From positions 74,085 through 138,084 of the forward strand of contig CAWBQM010000002.1 of NCBI GenBank assembly GCA_963790955.1: a stretch of DNA of 64,000 bases, in the 5' to 3' direction. The notes under the pieces were generated by a model. That model was not told where the DNA came from. It did no database searches and was given only the letters and a program-made list of their open reading frames with translations. Both the position numbers and the translations under genes were made by a program. Below are positions 9,721-19,726 of this stretch, piece by piece; within the stretch, counting starts at the first letter, position 1, and each line of letters starts with the position of its first letter. This DNA comes from an uncultured Chloroflexia bacterium (GTDB taxonomy: Bacteria; Chloroflexota; Limnocylindria; Limnocylindrales; CSP1-4).

Positions 9721-10316
9721 TGGAGCATCGCGACCACGTCGCGCTGCTCCGACCAGGCGTTCCCGAGCCCGCGCCCGGCGAGCGACCGTTGTGGGCGGAC
9801 ATGGGCGCCGGCGAGGGAGCCTTCACCCTTGCCCTGGCCGACCTGCTCGGGCCGGGGGCGACGATCATCGCGGTCGACCGCGACCCCGAGGTCCTGCGGA
9901 CCAATCAGCGCGCGGTACGGAGCCAATATCCGGGCGTCGACCTCCAGACCCTCGAGGCCGACCTGACGAGCCCGTTCGCGCTGCCACCCCTCGACGGCGT
10001 CGTGCTGGCCAACAGCCTCCACTTCGTGCCGCGCATGTTCCAGGTCGAGGCCGTGCGACGCGTCGTCCGGCTGCTCAAGCCCGGCGGCCGCCTGCTGCTC
10101 GTCGAGTACGACGCGGACCGCGGCAACCCGTGGGTGCCGCATCCCATGGCGTATCCGAGCTGGCAGGCCATGGCCGAGGAGGCGGGGCTCGTGGAGACGA
10201 CCCGGATCGGCCGCGTCCCGAGCCGTTTCCTCGAGGCGATCTACTCGGCCGTCAGCCGCCGCCCGGAGGAGCCAGACGAGTTGCCGGGCCCGCTCCCGAA
10301 CGGGCCGCCGGGCTGA
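9720..10316 (+). CDS. class I SAM-dependent methyltransferase
   Basis: Motif I DMGAGEGAFTLAL and post-I IIAVD are present, along with LKPGGRLLLVEY. The start overlaps the CYTH stop by 1 nt. Confidence 0.85.
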   Translation: MEHRDHVALLRPGVPEPAPGERPLWADMGAGEGAFTLALADLLGPGATIIAVDRDPEVLRTNQRAVRSQYPGVDLQTLEADLTSPFALPPLDGVVLANSLHFVPRMFQVEAVRRVVRLLKPGGRLLLVEYDADRGNPWVPHPMAYPSWQAMAEEAGLVETTRIGRVPSRFLEAIYSAVSRRPEEPDELPGPLPNGPPG

Positions 10317-11571
10317 GGGTCCGCCCGAGCTGGCGCCCCAGAGCGTCGACCAGGCGCTCGACGTCGGCCGGGCTCGTGTACGGAGCCACCGACACGCGGA
10401 CCGACCAGACCGCCGGTGGCGATCCGATCGGGCGCGCGCCGCGCACGGGCCAGTCGGTGATGGGCACCTCGATGCCGTCATGGTCGAACAGCGCGGCCTG
10501 CAGGGCCCGGGCGCGCCGCTCGTCGTCGCGCGCGATGGGCAGCGGCACGGCGGGCATCGCGCCCAGGAGCTCGTCGGGCACCGGTGGCGCGATCGCGAGC
10601 GCCTCGCACAGCCGGTCGCGAGCCTGCCTCGCCAGGTCCCGTTGCCGGCGCTGGAGCTCGGCGAGGCCGCCCGGTCGGAGCCGCTCGAGGAACCGTAGCG
10701 CGTCCGGGACGGTGAGCCACGGGCTCGGGTCGTCCGTGCCCGTCCAATCGAACTCGAGTCGGTAGCGGCTGCGATGCGATCGTGGATCGTTCGCGCCGTG
10801 GCTCGTGATCGCCGGTCGCAGGCCGATCCGTCGATCGCGTCTGGCCCACACGAAGGCCGCCCCCTTCGGCGCGCAGACCCACTTGTGCAGGTTGCCGACG
10901 TACCAGTCCGGGGCGAGGGCGTCGAGGCGCAGATCGAGCATGCCCGGCGCATGGGCGCCGTCGACAAGAACCGCCACGCCGCGTGCGCGGAGTGCATCGA
11001 CGAGCGCCGGCACGGGCAGGACGAGCCCGGTCGGGCTGGTGACGTGGCTGACCACGACCAGCCGTGTGCGCTCGCTGACGGCCGACACGACCGCCGCCAC
11101 CACGTCGTCCGGCGTGCCGGGGTCGGGGAAGGGAATGTGCACCAGCCGGACGCGCGCCGCCATCGTCACGGCCCGACGCTCGAGGGTGGCGAGGGTGGCG
11201 TTGTACTCGTGGTCGGTGGCCAGGATCTCGTCACCGGGCGCCAGGTCGATCGAGCCGAGGACCGCGTTGACGCCGCTCGTCGCGTTGCGCACGAAGGATA
11301 GGCCCTCGACGTCGGCCGACAGGAACGCCCCGAGCTCCGTCCGCGCCTCGTCGAGCAGCCCCTCGAGCTCTCGGTCGAGGAAGCGCACCGGTTCGCGCTC
11401 CATGCGCGCGCGCCATTCGGCCTGACGCTCGAGCACCGGGGTCGGGCAGGCGCCGAACGAGCCGTGGTTGAGGAACGTGACCGCGGGATCGAGCGCCCAC
11501 TGGCGGGCCACGTCCACGCCGCCGACCGGCTCCGATCCGTCGCGCGATTGAGGCCCGGACGCGTGATGCAT
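10252..11571 (-). CDS. class V PLP-dependent aminotransferase / epimerase-like enzyme
   Basis: Inner ATG 11571. Motifs FLNHGSFGACP, VSHVTSPTG and the PLP-lysine box GNLHKWVCAPKG are present. The convergent 3' ends overlap the methyltransferase by 65 nt. Confidence 0.85.
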   Translation of the reverse strand: MHHASGPQSRDGSEPVGGVDVARQWALDPAVTFLNHGSFGACPTPVLERQAEWRARMEREPVRFLDRELEGLLDEARTELGAFLSADVEGLSFVRNATSGVNAVLGSIDLAPGDEILATDHEYNATLATLERRAVTMAARVRLVHIPFPDPGTPDDVVAAVVSAVSERTRLVVVSHVTSPTGLVLPVPALVDALRARGVAVLVDGAHAPGMLDLRLDALAPDWYVGNLHKWVCAPKGAAFVWARRDRRIGLRPAITSHGANDPRSHRSRYRLEFDWTGTDDPSPWLTVPDALRFLERLRPGGLAELQRRQRDLARQARDRLCEALAIAPPVPDELLGAMPAVPLPIARDDERRARALQAALFDHDGIEVPITDWPVRGARPIGSPPAVWSVRVSVAPYTSPADVERLVDALGRQLGRTLSPAARSGAGPATRLAPPGGG

Positions 11572-11608
11572 GCGCCAACGATATCGGCGAGGACCGCTCG
11601 CGTTTGCC

Positions 11609-11860
11609 TCAGCGGCCGGACAGGCGCCTGATCCGAACGAGCACGAACGGCGCAAGGTACGCGATGACGACCGCGGGCAGGAGCACCCGCAACCCGACCC
11701 GCACCATCAGGGCCGCCATGCCGAGCCCGACGAGGATGCCGTAGTAGGCGACGATCGCCGACCTGGGCCCGTCGGCTGCGGCCAGACGCGCCGCCGGCCA
11801 GAGCGCCGCGAACGCGACGACCAGCCCGGCGGCGAGGAACGGCAGGAGCTCGGCGGCCAT
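11609..11860 (-). CDS. hypothetical small membrane protein
   Basis: Inner ATG 11860 gives an 83-aa protein with two predicted TM helices (MAAELLPFLAAGLVVAFAALW..). The upstream part of the tracked ORF is antisense to the tRNA. Confidence 0.45.
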   Translation of the reverse strand: MAAELLPFLAAGLVVAFAALWPAARLAAADGPRSAIVAYYGILVGLGMAALMVRVGLRVLLPAVVIAYLAPFVLVRIRRLSGR

Positions 11861-11915
11861 GTCGCGATCATAGGCCACCAACGGCGCGCATTCGGGCGGT
11901 GCGCTAGAATGGCGG

Positions 11916-11990
11916 TGCGGGGTGGAGCAGCGGCAGCTCGTCGGGCTCATAACCCGAAGGTCGGCGGTTCGAATCCGCCCCCCGCAACCA
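11916..11990 (+). tRNA. tRNA-Met (anticodon CAU), initiator-like
   Basis: Fold: TGCGGGG-TG-GAGC-AGCGGCA-GCTC-G-TCGGG-CTCATAA-CCCGA-AGGTC-GGCGG-TTCGAAT-CCGCC-CCCCGCA-A-CCA. The GGG:CCC anticodon stem and A11:U24 are initiator hallmarks. TAGAAT (11905..11910) sits just upstream. Confidence 0.85.
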
Positions 11991-12079
11991 ACGCGCCATC
12001 CTCCTCCGAACCCCGGGTCCCGACCGCCCGGGGTTCTTGCCATTTTTCGGGCTGCAGGGAGCGACTCGCGCGCCCGGGG

Positions 12080-12874
12080 TTACTCCCAGCGGAAGCGGAC
12101 GACGGCCGCGGCGACCGCCACGACGGCCCACACGGTGAGCACGGCGAGCGGACCGCCGGCATCGACGCCGGGCGTACCGGTTCCCGCACGGAGGGCCTCC
12201 GCCAGGGCGTCGGCGGGCAGCAGCCGGGCGAGATCCGCAAGGGCGGCAGGCAGGCGATCGACGGGCACGACGATACCGCCGACGAGCAGGAACGCGAGGA
12301 ACAGCGCGTTCGCGCCGGCCAGGACGGTCTCGGCGCGCAGGCTACCCGCCATCCACATGCCAAGGCCGGCGAAGGCCAGGCTGCCGAGCACGAGCGCCAG
12401 CGAGACGAGCCCGGCGTTGGCGCCCGGCCCGAGCTGCCAGCCAAGGACGACCATGGCCGTGCCGGCGAGGATGGCGAGCTGGAGCAGCTCGATGATGACG
12501 ACGGTGCCGATCTTGGCCGCGATGAGTCCCGCGCGCGGCAGGGGCGTGCCGCCGAGCCGCTTGAGCACGCCGTAGGAGCGCTCGTATGCCGTCGAGATGC
12601 CCAAGTTGACCAGGCTCGTCGAGATGACGGCCAGCGCCAGCACCCCCGGCAGCACGAAGTCGACCGGGCGGCCACCTGTGTCGCCGACCGGGAACGTCGC
12701 GAAGAACAACAGGACCACGACCGGAATGACGAGCGTCACGAGCAGGTTCTCGCCACGACGAGCCGTGAGGCGCAGCTCCATGCCCAGCTGGGCCACGGTC
12801 GCGTGCAGGAACGGAGCCGCGTTGCCCTCGCTGCGGCCCGGCCCGCCGACGTCATGCACGCCGACGTCAGTCAC
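12080..12874 (-). CDS. ABC-2 type exporter permease
   Basis: Six-TM hydrophobic protein (LLVTLVIPVVVLLFF.., ERSYGVLKRLGGTPLPRAG). Its GTG start at 12874 overlaps the ATPase TGA as GTGA. Confidence 0.8.
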   Translation of the reverse strand: MTDVGVHDVGGPGRSEGNAAPFLHATVAQLGMELRLTARRGENLLVTLVIPVVVLLFFATFPVGDTGGRPVDFVLPGVLALAVISTSLVNLGISTAYERSYGVLKRLGGTPLPRAGLIAAKIGTVVIIELLQLAILAGTAMVVLGWQLGPGANAGLVSLALVLGSLAFAGLGMWMAGSLRAETVLAGANALFLAFLLVGGIVVPVDRLPAALADLARLLPADALAEALRAGTGTPGVDAGGPLAVLTVWAVVAVAAAVVRFRWE

Positions 12875-13857
12875 GACGCCGGCTCCTGCGACAGGAGCTC
12901 GAGATACCGCTCCTCGAGCGAGCCGGCTCCGACCTGCAGCTCCGTGAGCAGGACGTCCGCGTCGCGGCACCAGCCCGCGATGGCGGCAACGAGGGCAGGC
13001 GAGGGCACGACGTTCTCGAGCCGGACAAATCCGTCGCCGGCGTCGAGCAGGCGTGCCCCGGCCTGGACCATGCTCACGATGGTCTGCAGCTCGGCCAGTC
13101 GCGTGGGCGCCGCGGGCGGTGTCAGCCGGAGCTGCATGCGGCGGGCGTCGCCCATGAGCTCCGCCGGCGTTCCCAGGCTGACCAGCCGACCACGATCAAC
13201 CAGGACGATGCGGTCCGCGAGGCGTTCCACGTCAGCCAGCTCGTGGGTCGCGAGCAGGACGGTCACTCCGTCGGAGCGAAGCCCGGCGACGAGCTCGCGG
13301 GTCTCGGCCTTGGCGGCCGGGTCCAGGCCGGCCGTGGGCTCGTCCAGCACGACCAGCTCCGGCCGGCCGACGAGCGCCAGCGCGAGGCTGAGCCGCTGCT
13401 TCTCGCCACCGGACAGGGTCCCAAAGCGTCGATCGGCGACGTGTCCCAGACCGACTCGCTCGAGCAGCGCGTCGGGATCCTCGGGCCGACGGTAGAAGCG
13501 CGCGAACAGGTGCAGGAGCTCCCGCGGTCGGGCCTGCGGATAGACGCCGCCACCGCCCTGGAGCATCAGACCCAGCCGGGCACGGACCGTGTCGCCGGAT
13601 GCGATCGGATCGAGCCCGAACACGCGGACTCGCCCATCGTCCGGGCGGCGGTAGCCCTCGATCGTCTCGATCGTGGTGGTCTTGCCGGCGCCGTTTGGAC
13701 CGAGCAGGGCCAGGATCTCGCCGCGCCGGACCTCGAACGACAGGCCTGCGACCACCGCCCGCCCGGCGTAGCGCTTGACCAGGCCGTCGACGATGATCGC
13801 CGGCGGCGAGGCGCCTGCGGGGCGGTCTGGCATGACCTGGCCCGAAGCCGTGCTCAC
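12871..13857 (-). CDS. ABC transporter ATP-binding protein
   Basis: Walker A GPNGAGKTT, signature LSGGEKQR and Walker B LVVLDEPTAGLD are present, plus a C-terminal extra domain. Confidence 0.9.
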   Translation of the reverse strand: MSTASGQVMPDRPAGASPPAIIVDGLVKRYAGRAVVAGLSFEVRRGEILALLGPNGAGKTTTIETIEGYRRPDDGRVRVFGLDPIASGDTVRARLGLMLQGGGGVYPQARPRELLHLFARFYRRPEDPDALLERVGLGHVADRRFGTLSGGEKQRLSLALALVGRPELVVLDEPTAGLDPAAKAETRELVAGLRSDGVTVLLATHELADVERLADRIVLVDRGRLVSLGTPAELMGDARRMQLRLTPPAAPTRLAELQTIVSMVQAGARLLDAGDGFVRLENVVPSPALVAAIAGWCRDADVLLTELQVGAGSLEERYLELLSQEPAS

Positions 13858-14279
13858 TGAAGGATCGCGCCCAGAAGGGTGTCGAGGTCCTCCGGGGTGA
13901 GCTCACCGTACTGGATCTTGCGCACAACGCCCGTACTGTCGATGAAGTAGGTCTGGGGTGGAAAGCCCACCTTGTACGTCGTCGCGAGCGCGCCGCCCGG
14001 GTCGCTGATCGTGGTCCAGTCAGCGCCAAATCGCTTGACGAAGGTCTGGGCGTTGCCGGCCGAATCCTGGAACAGGACGCCGACGACGGTCAGGCCCTGC
14101 GCGGCGTGGTCGCGCTCCGCCTGCTCGAACAGGGGGAACTCATCACGGCACGGACCGCACCAGGATGCCCAGAAGTTCAGGATCACGGGCTTGCCACGCA
14201 GCGTCGCCAGGTCGAAGTGGGAGCCGTCGAGGGCCGTGCCGCCGATGGCCGGGGCCGGCCTCCCGATGGTCGCGACCAA
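13854..14279 (-). CDS. TlpA/ResA-like thiol-disulfide oxidoreductase (thioredoxin fold)
   Basis: WASWCGPCRDEFP is a thioredoxin active site. The tracked TTG start at 14279 removes an in-frame TM anchor encoded at 14280..14366 (see findings). Confidence 0.85.
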   Translation of the reverse strand: MVATIGRPAPAIGGTALDGSHFDLATLRGKPVILNFWASWCGPCRDEFPLFEQAERDHAAQGLTVVGVLFQDSAGNAQTFVKRFGADWTTISDPGGALATTYKVGFPPQTYFIDSTGVVRKIQYGELTPEDLDTLLGAILQ

Positions 14280-14388
14280 TTCGCTCCCGCTGAGTTGTGT
14301 GGCGGTCAGCCCGACGGCGATGGCAATGGCGAGGAGCAGGATGAGACCGATGAGACGGGCAGACAGGCGATCGCGCGTGGCCGGACCC

Positions 14389-15507
14389 CTACTTGACGGT
14401 CAGCGTACCCGTCATGTTCGGATGAACCGAGCACACGAACGTGTACGTTCCCGGCGACAGGGCCGGCACGTCGTAGACGTGCGTCTTCACGCCGGGAAAG
14501 ATCTCACCCTTGAACGCATCCTGGCCCGACGGATCCTTGATGTCGACGTTGTGTGGCGTGCCCTGGTCCTCGTTGTCGAACGCGATGGTGAACGGTTTAC
14601 CAGCAGGGGCGGTCACGTCCTTGGTCTGGTACGCGATGTCCTTGGCCACGATGTGCACGTCGGCCGTGACCTGCGACGTGGCCGGCGTCGGCGCCGAGCC
14701 GCCCCCGGAGCCGCCCGTGCCGCCCGAAGGCGCCGGCGAACCACCGCCCGCGCCGGCGTTGCTCGTCGGCGGCAGCCAGCCGGCGTTGATCGTGACGGCG
14801 ACGGCGATGACCACGGTGATCAAGGCGAGCGTGCCGACCGGGTAGCGTGGGGCGGGCCCGCTGGCCAGGTGACCGGTGCGATCCGCCTCGACCGTCGCCT
14901 CGTACTCGTGCCGGGCGTCGCGCAGCCAGCCCAGGAGGACGATCACGAGGATCAAGAGCCCGGCCGCGAACAGCGCGCCGCCGAAGATGATTCCGAAGAA
15001 CAGGATGGCCGTCCCGAGCGCACCGAGGATCGGCCGGAACGATGGCCCGGGCATGTGCACGCCGGGTGGCGGCTCACCTTGCCCGGCCGGCACGAGTAGG
15101 CGCCCAAGCTCGGGTGCCTCGAGATGCTCGTAGTCGGTCATGAATTCGCGGCCCCAGTAGAGCAGCGTCAGGACGAGCGCGGTCAGCCCGAGCACGAGCG
15201 CGACGCCGCCCAGGATCACGCCCGCGAACAGGACGAACACGCCCAGCGCGCCGAAGATCGGGGCGAACGAACCCGTCGCCGCGTGCACGCCAGGTGGCGG
15301 GACCGGCTTCAGGCGGGCCCGGCCGCGCCGCGTCGGACCGGCCGTGGCGAAGCGCACGATGACGGTTGCGAAGAACAGGGCGACCAGCGCGGCGAGGCCG
15401 ATCGGGATGAGCCCGACGAGCGCGCCCCAATCGGGCGACACGAGCTTCGAGGAGAAGTCGAGGATCGCGTTCCAGAGATCCTGGAGCCGCTGCCAGATGA
15501 CGTCCAT
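14389..15507 (-). CDS. polytopic membrane protein: two oxidase-subunit-IV-like modules fused to a C-terminal type-1 copper (cupredoxin) domain
   Basis: There are two internal repeats, PPPGVHAATGSFAPIFGALG and PPPGVHMPGPSFRPILGALG, each followed by a TM hairpin. A Gly/Ser linker follows, then a domain with PHNV..FVCSVHPNMTGTLTVK (His, Cys-x2-His-x2-Met ligands as in amicyanin). Confidence 0.8.
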   Translation of the reverse strand: MDVIWQRLQDLWNAILDFSSKLVSPDWGALVGLIPIGLAALVALFFATVIVRFATAGPTRRGRARLKPVPPPGVHAATGSFAPIFGALGVFVLFAGVILGGVALVLGLTALVLTLLYWGREFMTDYEHLEAPELGRLLVPAGQGEPPPGVHMPGPSFRPILGALGTAILFFGIIFGGALFAAGLLILVIVLLGWLRDARHEYEATVEADRTGHLASGPAPRYPVGTLALITVVIAVAVTINAGWLPPTSNAGAGGGSPAPSGGTGGSGGGSAPTPATSQVTADVHIVAKDIAYQTKDVTAPAGKPFTIAFDNEDQGTPHNVDIKDPSGQDAFKGEIFPGVKTHVYDVPALSPGTYTFVCSVHPNMTGTLTVK

Positions 15508-15559
15508 GAGCCCTCAGCCGCGCTCCTGCCCGCGGGCGGGGCTGGCGCTGGGCAGAACG

Positions 15560-15769
15560 TCAATCACGCGACGAGCCGGCGATGAGGACGTAGAACATGA
15601 GGCCCATCGCGATGCCCAGCGCACCGAGCATGAACATGCCCGCGTAGTCCACGGGCGTGCGTGGATCCGTCTCGTGCTGGAGATACGGCACGATCCAGTA
15701 GATCGCCGCGAGCGCGATGAACACGATCCCGATGAACAGCACGTTGCGAGGGTGCCGGAGTGGATGCAT
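15560..15769 (-). CDS. small two-TM membrane protein, probable accessory cytochrome oxidase subunit
   Basis: Inner ATG 15769 lies 8 nt after the ctaE stop. The 69-aa protein (MHPLRHPRNVLFIGIVFIALAAIYWIV..) is assigned by position and size only. Confidence 0.55.
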   Translation of the reverse strand: MHPLRHPRNVLFIGIVFIALAAIYWIVPYLQHETDPRTPVDYAGMFMLGALGIAMGLMFYVLIAGSSRD

Positions 15770-15777
15770 CAGCTCGC

Positions 15778-16407
15778 CTACAGGAGGTAGAGCGTCGAGA
15801 ACAGCGCGATCCACACGACGTCGACGAAGTGCCAGTAGATCGACGTCGCCTCGACCGCGTCATGATGGCGCGCGCTGAACTGGCCCGCCATGGCCCGATA
15901 CATGACCACCGAGAGCATGACCACGCCACCGAGCACGTGCGCGCCGTGGAAGCCGGTCAGGGTGTAGTACGTGGTGCCGAACGGCCCGGCGTCGAGCGAC
16001 AGGCCCTTGTTGAACAGCAGCGTGTAGTCGGTCGCCTGCATGATCAGGAAGGTGACCCCGAGCAGGATCGTGACCGCGATGTTGCGCATGAACGCGGTCC
16101 GGTCGCCGCGCCGGATGGCCCACACCCCGAACTGGCAGGTGAACGAGCTCAGCACGAGCAGCACCGTCGCGGGTCCGACGAGCGGGAAGATCTCGAGCGT
16201 CTCGTGGAATTGCTGCGGCGGCCACTGGGGCGCCTGAGCACGGATGCTGAAGTACGCCGCGAACAGCCCGGCGAAGAACATCACCTCCGAGCAGATGAAC
16301 AGGATCATGCCCAGGATCGGGTTGCTGATCCCGCCCCGGCGATCGTGGGCAAGGCCGGCGACGGGCGTGTGCTCGGCCGTTGTCAGAGCGTGGGCGTCGG
16401 CGGTCAT
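15778..16407 (-). CDS. ctaE: cytochrome c oxidase subunit III
   Basis: Motifs FICSEVMFFAGLFAAYF, TGFHGAHVLGG and IYWHFVDVVW are present. Confidence 0.95.
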   Translation of the reverse strand: MTADAHALTTAEHTPVAGLAHDRRGGISNPILGMILFICSEVMFFAGLFAAYFSIRAQAPQWPPQQFHETLEIFPLVGPATVLLVLSSFTCQFGVWAIRRGDRTAFMRNIAVTILLGVTFLIMQATDYTLLFNKGLSLDAGPFGTTYYTLTGFHGAHVLGGVVMLSVVMYRAMAGQFSARHHDAVEATSIYWHFVDVVWIALFSTLYLL

Positions 16408-16442
16408 GGGCGCGATTCCTCGGTCGTCTCGTCGGCCATCGC

Positions 16443-18074
<1,632 letters not shown>

Positions 18075-18083
18075 CGGGGCTCC

Positions 18084-19262
18084 TTACTTCACCGTGAGCG
18101 TGCCGGTCATGTTCGGGTGCACCGAGCACACGAACGAGTACGTACCGGCGGGCAGGGCGGGCACGCTGTAGTCCTGGGCGGCAACGCCCGAGAAGATCGC
18201 GCCCTTGAATACCTCCTCACCTGATGGCGAGTCCTTGTGGATCGAGACGTTGTGGGGGACGCCGGCGTCCTGGTTGTCGAAATGGATCGTGAACGGCTGG
18301 TTCGCCGGCGCCTCGAGGTTGTTCTCCTGGTAGGCGATGTTCTTGGCCGTGATGTCGAGCGTGCCGGCGGACTGGCCGCTCGCGGCCGGTCCTGACGCTG
18401 CCGGGCCGCTGGCCGCCGGGCCGGAGGCGGCGGGACCGCTCGCACCGGGCGACTGAGACGGCGGCACCGAGGCGATCTGCTGCTTGAGCCAGGCCTGATA
18501 GTCGTCCGGCGTCATGGCCTTGACCGTGAACTGCATGATCCAGTGCCCGGTGCCGCACAGCTCGGCGCATTGGCCGCGGAACGTCTGCCCGGCGTACTGC
18601 TGGTCGATCCTGAAGTCGAAGTTGTTGTCCTTGCCCGGCACGACGTCGCGCTTGAACAGGAACTGAGGGACGTAGAAGGCGTGAATGACGTCCGGGCTGT
18701 AGAGGGTCAGGTGGACCGTTTCCCCGGCGGGCACGACGAGCTCCGGCGTGAGCTGCTGGTACGTCACCTGCTGGCCGGACTGGTCGAGGTACTCGAACGT
18801 CCACTGGAAGCGTGACGCGACCGCGCGGATGCGGACATCAGGCGCGCTTGTCACGGCGTCCACGCTGTTGAGTGTCTGCCACGACACGATGAACAGGAAC
18901 GCGACGATCGCGGTCGGGACGATCGTCCACACGACCTCGAGCAGGTTGTTGCCGTGGACCTGCGGCGGCAGTGCCTCGTCGGTGGGCTTGCGCCGATAGC
19001 GCAGGATCGCGAACACGATCAAGCCCTCGACGACGAGGAACACGATCACCGCCAGCGCGAACACGATGTCGTACAGGTTGCGGGTCTCCGTGCCCTGATC
19101 GGTCACCGCGGCCGGCGGAAAGAACGAACCCCACACGTTGCGCAGCTGCCCGACGACGTCGCCGCGGATAGCCAGCACCGCGAGGACCAGGATCAGCGCC
19201 ACCGCTGTCGCTCCGAAGAGCACGACGGCGGGCGAAGGGCCGGACCTGCGGGGCATCGTCAT
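18084..19262 (-). CDS. ctaC: cytochrome c oxidase subunit II (CuA) fused to a C-terminal cupredoxin domain
   Basis: Inner ATG 19262 (MTMPRRSG). Two TM helices, then CuA site HAFYVP..CAELCGTGHWIM, then a (PAASG)4 linker, then PHNV..FVCSVHPNMTGTLTVK. The last block is nearly identical to the C-terminus of 14389..15507. Confidence 0.93.
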   Translation of the reverse strand: MTMPRRSGPSPAVVLFGATAVALILVLAVLAIRGDVVGQLRNVWGSFFPPAAVTDQGTETRNLYDIVFALAVIVFLVVEGLIVFAILRYRRKPTDEALPPQVHGNNLLEVVWTIVPTAIVAFLFIVSWQTLNSVDAVTSAPDVRIRAVASRFQWTFEYLDQSGQQVTYQQLTPELVVPAGETVHLTLYSPDVIHAFYVPQFLFKRDVVPGKDNNFDFRIDQQYAGQTFRGQCAELCGTGHWIMQFTVKAMTPDDYQAWLKQQIASVPPSQSPGASGPAASGPAASGPAASGPAASGQSAGTLDITAKNIAYQENNLEAPANQPFTIHFDNQDAGVPHNVSIHKDSPSGEEVFKGAIFSGVAAQDYSVPALPAGTYSFVCSVHPNMTGTLTVK

Positions 19263-19410
19263 CGGCGTCCTCGAGGATGCAAGGCGGGAACGGGAGCTGC
19301 GCTCGGGCGAGCCGTGGGACGAGGCGTCACCGAACGAGCCCGACCAGCACCAGTCGGGCGCTGCCATGATACCCGAGCGGCTCGCGTGCGCACGCGGGCA
19401 TACGAGCATG

Positions 19411-19452
19411 TGTCCCACGTGCCGCGTCTGTTGTCTCACGTGCCGCGTCTGT
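19411..19452. repeat. 2 x 21-bp tandem direct repeat in the ctaC / ctaG-like divergent intergenic region (candidate operator)
   Basis: TGTCCCACGTGCCGCGTCTGT is followed immediately by TGTCTCACGTGCCGCGTCTGT, with 1 mismatch. Each copy contains a CACGTG palindrome. Confidence 0.5.
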
Positions 19453-19726
19453 TCGTGTGCCGGCGCTTCCCACGGGCGCGCGACCGCCGATGCGCCTCCG
19501 CCCCATCCCGCCGACCGAACCACAACGGCCGGGCCCACTCGGGCGTTCCGCGCGACAATCGGCGACGATGAGCTCTGGTCCAGCCGATTCTCGATCGCGA
19601 TTCGGTCCTGACCCTGGTCGTGGAACGCCGCCGGCCCGCGCGGGCCATCGCCTGCAGGTTCGGGCCGGCCATCGCGCGCCGCCGCAAATCGTTGCCCGCG
19701 CCGCCGCTGTCGTTGGCGGCCTGCCC

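Noticed and set aside
18360-18430. Short in-frame low-complexity repeats: (PAASG)4 in ctaC, APGPGPGPGP in the MFS loop (about 58545..58570), and degenerate TNGSQ repeats in the korA tail (48923..49015).
   Set aside because: They behave as flexible inter-domain linkers or tails, which are common in high-GC genomes. There is no indication of an independent function.
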